Source: Thecamonas trahens ATCC 50062
Taxonomy: Eukaryota > Protista > Apusomonadida
Assembly: GCF_000142905.1 (NCBI RefSeq)
Contig: NW_013657657.1
Coordinates: 186,001-250,000 of the forward strand
Length of the DNA stretch: 64,000 nt
Direction of reading: 5' to 3'
A program made the position numbers and the translations under genes. How positions within the stretch are numbered: the stretch's first letter is position 1; every line of letters starts with the position of its first letter. Positions 33,077-44,857 of the stretch are shown here, one piece after another. The notes beneath the pieces are model-generated. The model worked only from the letters and a program-made list of their open reading frames with translations, did not search any database and was not told the origin of the DNA.

Positions 33077-36000
33077 TCACGAGGCCGATGAACTCGACGA
33101 TGAACTGGACGACGAACTGGATGATGAGTCCGACAACACCTGTACGCCCTCCACAACCAGCGTCGACGGTGCAAGAGCAGAGTCAAGCGTACTCAATTGC
33201 CCAAACGACGGGTGTGGTGAGACGGTGTGGCCCGGGCTCGCCCCGACCGACGACAGCGCAAGCTCATTGCCGCTGCCGAGCGTCTCCCACGCCACGCCTT
33301 CAACCATCACCGTGCCCATCTCCACGCTTGCGCTCCGCGGCCTCTCGCCAGACGCACTCGCAAGCGCCGTCGCAAACCCGCCGGCCACAAAGTACTCCGC
33401 GTCCTCGATCGCCTTCTCGCTCCGCTGCATCCGCCACAAATCGTACCCGTTGCCGCTGACAAGCGCAATCAGAATCACCACCACCCATGTCGAGACCCAC
33501 GCCATCCGCAGCGGTGCGTCCTCAAACGTGCCCGCATAGAGAACGAGCGTCGTCGCCGCCAGCACTAGCATCGCCAGCCGATTGTGGAAGTCCGACGCAT
33601 ACGGCCGGACGTACACGAGGTGTGCAAGAGCGAGCCCGAGCGCAATCACGCCCATCCGCGCCTTGCCCTCATCGGTAAACATGAAAGTCATGCAGAGGAC
33701 CAGGCCCGCCTTGCGCGCCATGATCGCCGTCTCGAACCACCATCCGCTCTCGCTGAACCGTCCCACAAGGAACCCATACCTGAGCACAAACGACACGGGC
33801 TCCATCGCCCGTCGCCGTGACATCAGCACCCAGCCCACAAGCAGCGGCAGCCCAAACGCATACACTCCGATTGCAGCCAGGCTTGGCCCAAGCAGTCCGC
33901 GCACCCATGCGCTGTTGTAGCAGCTCCGTGACGGGTCCGCGCTCAGCTGCCACCGCCCACTCGCGTCGCGCTTGCACCCGAATGGCGCCATCGCCGCAGA
34001 CGTCAGCGGCAGGTACAGCAGCACCACAATCTGAAACTGCGTCCGCCAGCACGCCGACACCAGCTGCCGCAGATTCTTGCTTCCGAACCAGCTCACGCCC
34101 TGGGCGATGAGCAGCCCGTACACCGCTGCCGCCCCGCAGATCGCCAAAGCCACAAACACAGGCAGGATGAGCGTGAGCGCCCACTTGAGCACCCATACGT
34201 CCGCCCCGCGAACCAGCGAGCACTCGGGACTCGTCAGCTCCACGTCCAGGTTCACCGCAGACGCAATGTCAAAGTACACCCGAGCCACAGGGCCCCACTC
34301 AAAGTCGAGCCGCCCGTAGATCGCGCTCATCTGCAACCCGTTGAGCCCAATCATCGCCGCAACAAACTTGTATCGCAGACCCTCCGTCAAGTTGAACGCC
34401 AGCAGCACGCCGGTGACCACCAGCGCTCCAATCAGTAGCGCTACCGTCACCATCGCGTTGGCCACCGGTCGGCACTTGCGGCACCGCCCGCCGAGCGCAA
34501 AGTAGCCATCCGCACACTGGGCGCACAGCCGCGCAGTGTATCCCGCCGCACATTGCCCGCTCCCGAGACATGCCTCGCTCGCCGGACACGCCACAAACAC
34601 CGCTTCGCTGTCCGCGTCAGGGAAGAAGCCGGGCGCCGCACGCGGGCTGTCCAGCCCGCCATCGCACACGCCGCCGCGCGGGCACGCATCGCATGCCACT
34701 CCACTCCGTCCGGTTCGCGACCAGAACCCAGGCTTGCATACGCAGTCGTCAACCCCGCTGCCGCTCGTCACGTTGATCGCACCGCTTCCTGCAAGTCGCT
34801 GCGTGTTGAGTGGGCAGCTCGGCACCGCCACGCATCCGTCCAACGACACGCTCGTCGACATCGTGCCCTCCACACACGCCGCGCACACCACAACGTCCAC
34901 AACCATGTTGCCCGACACTGTGCTCTGCACCGACGCTCCGGCCCCCATCCCGCACCCGGTCACTTCGAACGCTGCTGCCAATCCGCCCACTGTGTGTCCG
35001 CCGCTCCGGCTCGTCACTGCCTCCACCCGCATCGACACCGGCGCAGGGAGTGGCACCGACGATGCCACTGACGCTAGCACAGACACGCTCACGCCTGGCA
35101 CCGCCGTCACTGCCTGTGACATGGCACTCGTGGTCTCGCCGCTCACAAGCATCCCGCTCGGTGCGTCTACAACAACCGCCACATCAAGCTCCGGCTCGAT
35201 GTGCTCGCGCCCGAGCCAGTCAACTCCGACCACCGTCGCTCGCGGCCCGTCCCCGCTCGTGACCGTGCCGGCCGGCGCCGTCACCCACTCGAGCCGGCTC
35301 AGAGGTGCCGCGATGCGGGTCCCCGAGCTGGCTGTCAGCACCTCAGCTGCTGCATCGCTCGCCACACGCAGCCATGGCACTGTCTCGGGCCCTGCCAGCG
35401 ACGCCGCCACTCCCTCGGCTGCGCACACAAACACGTCGTCGCGCCCGGCGTTGTCGCGCCACCGTGTCGCTGCTCCGGACACCCCCACGCCCTCGCCGCA
35501 AACAGCAAGCCCGTGTCCAAACGTCCCGGCCGTGTTGCCCGTGATCACGCAGTCGCTGAGCCGGTTCGCCGCAGCGTAGCCCGCCTTGGCCCGCTCGGCA
35601 TCGCCACTTACAGCCGTCACCTCGGGCACGTCAACCGAAGCCCGCGCCACCGCCAGTCCGCTCGACACGCTGCTCGCCACAATCGCGAGCCCGCCGCCAG
35701 CTGACCCAGCCCGGTTGCCGCGGACAGTCACCCCGTCGAGATCGGCCTGTGATCCGCCCACAACATGCAATCCGCCGCCGCTACCGATGCCCCCCGCCGT
35801 GTTGTCGCTCACCTCGCCGCCGACCATGGCTAGCGCCGCCCCGCCCGGCCCCACCCACGCCCCGCCGCCGTCGCCGCTTGCTGTGCAGCCGCGGATGACC
35901 GTCCCGTCACGCACCTCCAGCCTCGCGCCACCGCTGACAGACACCCCGCCGCCGCGCCCTGCCATGCTGCCGTCGATCACACTCTTTTCGAGCTCGGCCA

Positions 36001-39000
36001 CAGTCCCGCTCCCGCGCACCGCCAAGCTTCCGCCCTCGCCCGCTGCGCTGTTGTCGGCAAACAGGCTCCCGGTCGCCGCCACCCGTCCACCGCCCGACGC
36101 CAGCACCGCTCCGCCCACGCCCACGTCGACCATCACCTGGTCGTCACCCGGCTCGCTCGCCCGGCACCCGCGGATCGTAGCGTTGCGCAGCTCGAGCGCC
36201 GCACCGTTCCCGTTCACCCGAAGCCCAGGCGTACCATGTAGCTCGGCTAGTGCCGTCTCCATCCCGCGCACCTCAACGCCATCGAGCACCAGTCGCCCGA
36301 CCGTCGCCACCGTCGGCTGCGGATGTTCTGCCACCGTGAACAGGACCCGGCCACGCCCAGCTGCAGCGTCGGCGCACTCAAAGATCACCGAGCCAGGCAC
36401 TGCCGCACGCAGCACGACCGAATGCGTGAGGACAAAATGCGCGTCAGCAACACACGAGTAGACACCTGGCTCGAGCATCAGCGTGTCGGCGACGCACCGC
36501 GAGGAGGCGGCGATGTTGGCGGCGACGCAGGCAAACGAGAAGCGATCCAACATACACGGCGCTAGCCGTAGATCCAGCGGTCTGGTCTGCGGCGTGTAGA
36601 CCGTGTCCGCGTCGCGAGCATTCTGCAGGGCAACAAATAATCCATTTGAGAACGTCGACGACCGAGAAAAGACATCCAAATAGCCGTCGCCGTCAACATC
36701 GACTGCCGCAGTTGCTACTCGAGACTGGAGCGAAGCTGTCTGGCGCCGCACGGCGCCGAACCCGTCGACGCTGCTGTATACGGTCACTGTGTCTTCTGTC
36801 GAGACGACAATGTCCAGGTTGCCGTCGGCATCCATATCTGCAAGTACAATTTCGGATACAACGTCCGCATAGTCAAAGTAGGTGGCAATGTCAACCGTGT
36901 CGTCAAAGCCACCCAAACAGTTCGACGGGAGCACCAAAAGGGACCGCTTCGGCTGGCCTTCAGTAGACGCACCAACAGTCACCAGGTCCAAACAGCCATC
37001 GCCGTTCACATCGCCGACATCGGCAACTGGAAGGAAGCACAATGACGTCTGGAAAGCCATCCAGGTTAAAATCACCGACAGAAACCGAGGATGTAACGCC
37101 CATGCCGAGCGTGAATGAAACTTTCAGGCGGCGACACAAGCGACACAACAAGGACGTCTAGATGTGAGGTGAGCGCGTCCATGTGACCCAGGAAGACTTG
37201 GTACCTGACAAAAGCCGCATCAGGCACAGGGGCCAGGCTTCCAACATGAACAGCATCAGCAAAAGTGGCTCCAACGTTGCGATAGTACACGACGTCGTTG
37301 GTGGCACCAGAGGAGCCGATGGCCACCACATCTGGCCACGAGTCGGCATCGACATCGCCCACAGCAATGTGGTTGATGGAGACGAGCCCGGCCGGGTGGA
37401 ACTGCTGCTGTGAGCCAAAGCCTCCACGTCCGTTGTCGTTGAATAACAAGACCAGAGGGTCAACCGAGGCAGATCCGACAACCAGGTCAAGGTCGCCGTC
37501 GTGGTCAAAGTCGGCAGCAGCCAGACCAAGTGGTGAAACAAAGGCGGCAATGTCATTGAAAGACGAGAATGACGAAAGGCCGTCAAGGTTGGCGAGCCAG
37601 CCAAGAGTTGAGCCTACAAAGCCGACCACATCCAGGTCACCATCGAGATCAAGGTCGACAATGACAGGTGAGAACGGCACGCTGGCAGTGACGAGTTCTG
37701 GCTCGGAGAACTCCAGCTGCCTATCCTCAACGGCAAGGACGGCCTGGGACTCAAGCCAGAACACGGCCGAGCCCAGGTTCCAGCCGATGACGTCGTCATG
37801 GCCGTTGCCGTCGGCGTCGGCAAGAGCAATGCCGTCGGCTCCAATAGACGAGGTGAGCAAGGAGTTGTCGTCAGTCAAGCCGTCGCGGAAGGCATACATG
37901 CCCTTGTTCCTTTGCGAGACAATGATGCCGCGGATCGGATCGACGGCGAGTCCTTTCGGACTGCTGAGCGAGTCTGGCAGGTCTAGTCGGTGGAAGTCCG
38001 AGAAGGCGGCCGAGCCAAGGTTTCGCCGCCACGCAACGGCGGCGTTTGTGGTGGAGAGCATGACCAGGTCTGCGAGGCCGTCCCGATCAACGTCGCCAAG
38101 AACCACTGCTGAGACAGAGGTGAACGGCAGGGATAGGTTCATCGGCGCACTCGCCGACGAGATCCATAGCACGAGCTGTGCATCCGTCCAGCCCACGACA
38201 TCAGGCTGTAAGTCGGCGTCAATGTCGCCGCAGGCCAGGCCGCGAAGAGTCAGCGAGTCGAGGATGGTGTGCTCTAGGAGCGAGATTGCACCACTCGACG
38301 TGGGAATCCAAGCGATTGATCCGTTGGCGAGGCCAAGCGCAGCGGCCGAGCCGTCCGGCGCAACAGTCAGGGCCACAAACGTGGTGCTCCACGGCAATCC
38401 AGAGGCAAGAATACTCGGTGGGCTCCACACACGCCCTTGCCCATCGCTGTTGGTGAGCGCGACAAGCGTGGTGGCCGACGCCGCCATCACATCGACATCG
38501 CCGTCTGCGTCGACGTCGACGAGAGCCATGCCCAGAACCGGCTGGCCATCGAGGCCGAGCTCGACAACGGTGGTCACATCGTACCAGTCGGTCTCGAGAG
38601 TGTGGACAATGAGTGCGGTTCCGTCGTCTTTGGCAACGACAATGTCTGCATGCGAGTCGGCATTCAGGTCCGCGACACTGACGGCAACTGCGTTGGCTGC
38701 TGGATCGGTCCAGGTGGTGAGTGGGAACGGTTGAACAGCACCCCAATCGGTCGATGAGTTGCTACGTGGGTTGATGAGGACAAGCGGAGTGATGCCTCCT
38801 TGCACAATGACGTCTGGAAAGCCATCCAGGTTAAAATCACCGACAGAAACCGAGGATGTAACGCCCATGCCCACATCAAAGGCGGAAAAGACTCCGTTGC
38901 CGTCGTTGACAGCGATCTGGACGCTATCACCAGGCGCAGATGAGGCCTTTGGACCTGTGCCGTACATAAGATCGAGATCGCCGTCACTATCAACGTCGAC

Positions 39001-39951
39001 TGCGTGGATCTGTGACAAAGAGGCCGGCCTCCTGTTAGAGGCAAAGGAAACTGTACCTCCCGTGGCGAAGCTTGAGCCGGTGCTTCTGCGCCAGATGAGG
39101 CCAGTTGAGTGAAGGATGGCGACGTCGTCTAGGCCGTCGCCGTTGAAGTCGCCGATGACTGTGTCCCTGATGTAGTACTCGACAGAGTGGACCTTAGCAT
39201 TGCTCGTTTGACCAAGGATGACGTAGCGAAGGGGGTCTCTGAACGAGCTGGTGTAGTACAGCTCGGGCACTCCGTCGTTGTTAGTGTCTCCGACATCAAC
39301 AGAAAAGAGAGCGAACGCGCTTCCGCCATAGATGCGTGCGGGAAACGAGCCATTGACATTGTACGCGTAGAACATGTCGTCGATGTTGTCACTGGTCCAG
39401 ACGAGGTCAAGATCGCCATCGTTGTCCAGGTCATAAACGACAACATCGACGTCGCCAGAGATTACCGAAGAGTCAATGGCGCGGCGGGATGAGAAGCGGC
39501 CGCCACCGAGATTGGCATACCAACTCAGCCCGTGCTTTGGATTAGGTATACCAACGACAAGGTCCGGGCCATGTTGGCCAGTCAGATCTCCAGCAGCGAG
39601 CCCTGCGATGCGCAAGCTGTCGCCATCAATAGCCGAGACAACGACACGCGAAACGTTGGCAAAGCCAACGACGGGAAAAAGGTTCTCGACCCAGACGAGA
39701 AGCCCAGCATATGTGCCGAAAGCCACATCGATGTCGCCGTCGGAATCAAAGTCAGCCGTCACCAATCGCATGACTGCGGTCATTCCCCCAACCGAGTGCA
39801 GCGGTAGCGCCACTTGGGGGCGACACTGGGCGATATTGGGTGTTGCTGAAGACAGCGAGGCAGCGGCCACCAAGGAGCCCGACAAGACTGATGACTCTGC
39901 AGCAATGAGGAGAAGGAGAAGAAGCGAGAGAAAACATGTTGGAGCACCCAT
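33077..39951 (-). CDS. FG-GAP/VCBS-repeat giant receptor-like protein, paralog B: FG-GAP repeats, beta-helix, Cys-rich, TRP-like multi-TM, Ser tail; frame broken at 37037-37106
   Basis: ORF 37072..39951 (signal peptide plus FG-GAP) and ORF 33077..37075 (FG-GAP, GGG repeats, C-C-PG, YGFLVGRF..WWFE..RK, RPY..N) are collinear with paralog A. Confidence 0.8.
36121..36617. repeat. About 497-bp near-identical direct repeat of 28996-29492
   Basis: Offset 7125 bp; I found only one mismatch (tccagcat vs tccaacat). Confidence 0.9.
37037..37106. repeat. 70-bp exact copy of 38802-38871
   Basis: gcacaatgacgtctggaaagccatccaggttaaaatcaccgacagaaaccgaggatgtaacgcccatgcc is present at both sites. Confidence 0.92.
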
Positions 39952-40148
39952 GGTGGTAGTGATGGAATGGTAGGGGAAGAAGGTTGAAGGGGGGGGAGTT
40001 GGGTCTGCTTATGCTTGTGTTGGTGTGGTAAAAGGACTGGGGAAAGGGGAGGGGGGGGGGGGGGCAGGTGGTCCGCACGTGCTCGTGCTCCACCACCGAA
40101 AAAGGGGGAGGGGGGGAGACAGCTATCGAGAAACGTATTTTGGGGAAT

Positions 40149-40868
40149 TCATGAGAGGAAAGGATGCGAAGCTGGCGATGGGCGGAGGAGGGAGGTCGGA
40201 CATGGATCGAGGGTGCAGTACGGCGGAAGAGTAAAGACGGAGGCAGGGATGGGCTTGGTCGAGTACGAGTGGGGCGAAAACCAGTAGTCCTGGGTGGCGT
40301 TGGGGAAGGAGAAGCGGAGCGGGATGGCCGGGTTGCCTGCCGGAGCCACCTCGTTCCAGTATCCGTGCCTACCGTAGAGCCATTGATCAGCGGCGACGCC
40401 ATCGATGGTGGCTGAGCCGACGTAGTCGAGGACTGCTGTCCAGTCGGGCGGGTTTGGGCCGACGCCGGGGACGGAGAGGCAGCACGAGCGCTGGTGTGGG
40501 AGATCGATGACCATGCCGCGTGGGAGAAAGTACTCTGTGCATGCTGCCGAGGTGTTGTAGAAGCGGATGCACTCGTGGGCGCCCGGCCCGTGGTCGATCC
40601 GCACCGCCCTAGTCGGATAGTCGTAGTACATCATGCCGGTGTTGACGGCACTGGCTGCGTCATCGATAACCTCGATGGCATCACCTGCACCCGTGCTGGT
40701 CGTGGCCGGAATGCCCGAGACAAAGGCGATGGTGAAGGTCGATGCCCATGGAGCGCAGGTACGCGGCGAGGATGCGGTGGTGGCGGCGGTGAGGACAGCA
40801 AAGACAGTGAAGAAAGCGAGGACGGGGAGGAAGAGGTCGGGTTTGGGACGGGGAAGAGGAAGAAGCAT
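40149..40868 (-). CDS. Secreted protein, ependymin-related / At4g14100-like
   Basis: Signal peptide; GMMYYDY...RIDH, CC and PPDW..LDYVGSATIDGVAADQW pattern. Confidence 0.55.
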   Translation of the reverse strand: MLLPLPRPKPDLFLPVLAFFTVFAVLTAATTASSPRTCAPWASTFTIAFVSGIPATTSTGAGDAIEVIDDAASAVNTGMMYYDYPTRAVRIDHGPGAHECIRFYNTSAACTEYFLPRGMVIDLPHQRSCCLSVPGVGPNPPDWTAVLDYVGSATIDGVAADQWLYGRHGYWNEVAPAGNPAIPLRFSFPNATQDYWFSPHSYSTKPIPASVFTLPPYCTLDPCPTSLLRPSPASHPFLS

Positions 40869-41101
40869 GGTGTAGGGGAATGGAGGGGTTGGGGGGAGTA
40901 GGTTGGGGGCGTGGGGGGAGGGTGACGTGGGCGGCGTGCAGCACTGCTGCCGGCTAGCCGGCTGACCACGGTAGCTAGCCACGCTGGTCTGCGGGAGATC
41001 GGAAGAGGAGATGGGAGAAGTCGGACGAGATGGAGAAAGGGGGGAGGAGGATGTGAGCGCGTTCTGTTGTTTTGGTTTATCCCTAGAGGGACGACCACGA
41101 C

Positions 41102-41266
41102 TTAGCGGTACTTGTGGAAGCCGATGTCGTTGGCCTTCTCGCGGAAGCACTGACGGCAGATCATGAGGCCGTACTTGCGGATGATGGCATGGCCGTTACC
41201 GCACACGCGGCACGAGCGCGAGCCAGGGCCAAAGTTGCGGGGGTGCGAGCGCCAGAGGTTGGTCAT
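41102..41266 (-). CDS. RPS29: 40S ribosomal protein S29 (uS14)
   Basis: [22 protein letters not shown]...[26 protein letters not shown]. An upstream CTGAC...CAG suggests a 5' UTR intron. Confidence 0.95.
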   Translation of the reverse strand: MTNLWRSHPRNFGPGSRSCRVCGNGHAIIRKYGLMICRQCFREKANDIGFHKYR

Positions 41267-41673
41267 GATGCACTGTAGACGCGAGGCCCCGACGAGGTCA
41301 GACACAAGCACACAACAGCAGCACCAAGAGCAGCATCCATCCAGATGATGCACATGGAAGGAGTGCGAGCAGACGAGCAGACGAGCATATGACCACCGAA
41401 TGGAGAGCAAGGATAAGGGAGGGGGGGGGAGGAGGGTGACGCGACGAGGTTCAAGAGTGAGTGGGAGGTCCGAGGTAAGAGGGAGGGGAGGGGGAAGTGT
41501 GGATGCCGAGGGTGGGCAGGGGAGGAGGTGAACCCACAGTATGCACCCGGTGGGGAGGGCGCGCAGGGTGCACATAGTCGGGCCCGGGCAGGAGGAGGGC
41601 GAGAGGGTGGTGCGGGGTGCGGGGTGCGGGGTGTGGGGTGCGAGGTGGGAGCGCAAGGGTGTCTGATTAAAAA

Positions 41674-41915
41674 GTGTATGCATGGCGTAGACGAGCGGGC
41701 CCAAGGAGGCAAAGGCAGATGGTTGTGGCAAAGCAACCACACTGAGGCCAAGCATACATGCACAGCTATGCGTCGTGCAAGCTGTGCCTGTATGGCTTGG
41801 ATATTTCATGCGTATGGGCCCCTAGACTGGGAGGAGGCGGGCGAGGCAGGCTCCGATCCCGAGGCAAAAATACCCTCCCCGAGTCCCACCACGGCCAGCC
41901 ACAGCTGGTATGCAC
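41674..41915. ncRNA. Candidate structured non-coding RNA upstream of (or in the 5' intron of) RPS29
   Basis: Nested helices read by eye: 41748-41800 (about 22 bp), 41720-41739, enclosing helix 41697-41703/41815-41821, and 41825-41834/41874-41885. On the minus strand it ends ACA-CTTTTT. Confidence 0.35.
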
Positions 41916-42104
41916 AAGCGAGAGAGCGAGACACGAGGACATACAGCTAGGCTGGCTGTTCATGGGACGAGGAAGGGGTGGGGTGGGGTGGGCATGTTGT
42001 CGCGGTCGGCAGGTCGCCGGTCGCATCATGCAACTTACAGTCAGCGAGAGAGGGATGGCCGACTGAGGAGAATGTTGGAGGAGACCAAAGGCGAGCAGTC
42101 ATTT

Positions 42105-42229
42105 AATCGATGGATGAGGATTGGAAAGAGGGAGAAGAAATGAATGGCTGCCATTGGCGACAATAATCGATGGCAGCCGACAATCGATGGCAGCCGACAA
42201 TCGATGGCAACCACACAATAATCGATGGC
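42105..42229. repeat. Five copies of AATCGATGG in the divergent RPS29/OCA2 intergenic region
   Basis: Copies start at 42105, 42165, 42182, 42199 and 42220. Confidence 0.8.
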
Positions 42230-42464
42230 AACAATCAACGGATGACTAGCTACGGAGCTACAGAGTGGGGATGGAGAACACGATGGCTGCAGGGCCGAGG
42301 AGGTAGCTGGCTGGGATCGGGGACCAGACTGGGCATCGGCAGACGCGTGTCAGTAGTGAACGGTGGCAATTGCCCTGCGAGTGGGCGAGTGTCACACGCC
42401 ACTGCCCCACGGCCGACGCCACGTGACTCGCTCCCTGGTCTGGACGGAGGACGGGGTGGCAAGG

Positions 42465-44857
42465 ATGCTGAGGACACTCCGGTCATCGTCGTCGTCGTCG
42501 TCGACGGGAAGCATAGCGGCTTTGCCGAGGTCTGCGTCGACTTGTTCGTCGGATGGTGGCTCGCCGTTCCCCCTGCCGGCAAGCACGGCAGGCGGCCGCA
42601 GAGCGCGTGGCGGTGCGGCGGCAGAAGCAGGAGTCGGGGCGGGGACTGTGGCTGGGCTAGGGGATGGTGCCGGTGCTGGGGCTGCAGCTGGAGTGACGGC
42701 AGCAACGCCGCTGCTGGCGGGAAGCGGGCGCGGCGGAGGCGGTGATGGCGAGCTGGGCCTCGGGCTCGGGCTCGCCGGTGAGGGCGGCGGCGGCTACGGG
42801 CTCGCTGGTGGGGACGAGGTGCTGGTGCTGGAGCGGCGAAAGGCGCCGCTGGTGGCGTCGTGCATGGCCGTGGTGGCACGGTTCAAGTTCCGACTCGGGC
42901 TGACGGCCGGCGTGCTGGCGCTGCTGCTTGTGGGCGCGGTCTTCTTCTCGTCGGCGTCGTCGGCCGAGACAGAACCGGGCGACGAGCTGATCGGCGTCGG
43001 GCGTGGCATGCCGTACAAGTGGATGGTGGACATGTCCGGCCCGCTAGCATACTTTAAGGTTGTCGTCACCGGGCCGCCGCGCGAAAAGCTAGGTGGGAGT
43101 GGGAACGCCACGGGCTCGGCCGTCCACATCGACGTGGCGCTCATTGCGGTGGTGGACGGGGTGGAGAGCGCGGTCGGCGACGCTTGGCGGATTGAGCTCG
43201 AGAGCGAGGAGTCGACCGAAGAGGAGAAACGGATTCCCGGGCCCGACACGCATTTTGACGCGCTGCCGGGCGCGCCGTACCTGTTCTTTGAGATCTCGAC
43301 CAACTCGCCGACCCCGATCGGCCTGCAGCTGCATGTGGTGCAGCTCTCCGAGGCCGCGGCGTACCAGGTCCTGTTTGCCGCTGTCATTCTTGTGGTCGTC
43401 TACGTCTTTATCGTCTTTGAGCTCCTGCATCGGGTCATTGCCGCCATGCTCGGCTCGTTCATTACGCTCGCCACGCTGGCGGCGATCGACGAGCGGCCAT
43501 CGCTCGAGACCATCATCGGGTGGATCGAGTACGAGACTGTGTGCCTCTTGTTTGGCATGATGGTCATGGTGGGTATTTTCTCGACAACCGGCTTCTTCGA
43601 GTGGGTGGCGGTCAAAGCGTACAAGTTCTCCAACGGCGACATCAACCGCCTTGTGGTTGTCCTCTGTGTCTTTACGGCCATTCTCTCGGCGTTTCTGGAC
43701 AACGTGACCACCATCCTTCTTCTCACTCCGGTCACCATCCAGCTCTGCACGGTGCTTTCGATCGATCCGGTGCCGCTGCTGGTGGCCGAGGTTGTCTTTT
43801 CTAACATTGGTGGGACGGCAACCGCCATCGGCGACCCACCCAACGTCATCATTGTCTCAGACTCGCGGGTCTCGGCCGCTGGGGTCGGCTTTCTGGACTT
43901 GACGCTCAACCTCGCACCCGGAGCCATTTTGGCGACGCTCGCGGCGTATGTCTTCCTCAAGTGGCAGTACGGCGGGCTGTTTGACAACGTCAAGCCGCTC
44001 ACGCCGCTGGAGCAAGAAGTGGAGGTCTGGCGCAAGACGCTGAAACGGACGCCGGTCGGCTCGACGCCCGAGGAGGCGCGGGTCCGCGAGCTTCTTGTGG
44101 CGCACATTGAGCAGCTCGAGGATCTGGTGGCGGCCGAGGCGAACGAGGGCGGCGGCGGCAACGTGTCGATTGCGGCGCTCGAGGCCAAGTACAAGATCCA
44201 CGACGCACCGCTGTTTGTCTCGTGCGCCACCGTTCTCTTTGTGGTTATTCTCCTCTTCTTCCTCCAGTCTGTGTTCAAGATCAATCTCAACTTGGCGTGG
44301 ATCTCCATCCTGGGCGCGCTGACAATGCTCATCGTCTCTGGCATCCACGACATTGAGGAGGTTCTGGAAAAGGTCGAGTGGGGCACGCTCCTCTTTTTGC
44401 CTCGCTCTTCATCCTCATGGAGGGTCTCGGCGAGCTCGGGCTCATCACGTACATTGGCGACGTCACGTCCGAGGCCATCAAGTCGGTGCCCGCCCAGTCG
44501 CGGCTCGCCGTTGCGCTACTGCTCATCCTCTGGATCTCTGCGCTTGTCTCGTCGTTCCTCGACAACATCCCGTTTGTGACAGCCATGATTCCGGTGGTTC
44601 TCCAGCTCGGCTCGGACCCAGAGGTGAACCTCCCACTGGCGCCGCTGGTCTACGCACTTGCCTTTGGCTCGTGCATGGGCGGCAACGGCACCCTCATCGG
44701 TGCGTCGGCAAACGTGGTTGCTGCCGGTCTTGCCCTGCAGGCTGGCCACGACATCTCGTTCAACCGCTACTTCCGGACAGGCTTTCCGGTCATGATTGTG
44801 AGCGTATGCGTGGTGAGCCTTTACCTCATGGTGGTTCACGTCTGGATCCTGGGCTGA
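42465..44857 (+). CDS. OCA2: P-protein/OCA2-like ArsB/NhaD-family anion transporter (frameshift at 44394-44398; start uncertain)
   Basis: LSAFLDNVTTILL, SNIGGTATAIGDPPNVII and VEWGTLLF; the -1 frame gives FASLFILMEGL...SSFLDNIPF...GGNGTLIGASANVV. Confidence 0.88.

Noticed and set aside
28996-36617. Direct repeats as LTRs of a mobile element
   Set aside because: The repeat is in-frame coding sequence of two paralogs; no transposase, RT, TSD or TG...CA termini were seen anywhere in the window.
41674-41915. Assignment of the structured element to U1/U2/U5, SRP, RNase P/MRP, U3, U17, telomerase RNA or a TPP riboswitch
   Set aside because: I could not find their conserved boxes in the right order, so it is left unassigned.
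42160-42230. CRISPR-like array
   Set aside because: The repeats are only about 10 nt with 7-11 nt spacers, there are no cas genes, and the context is eukaryotic.
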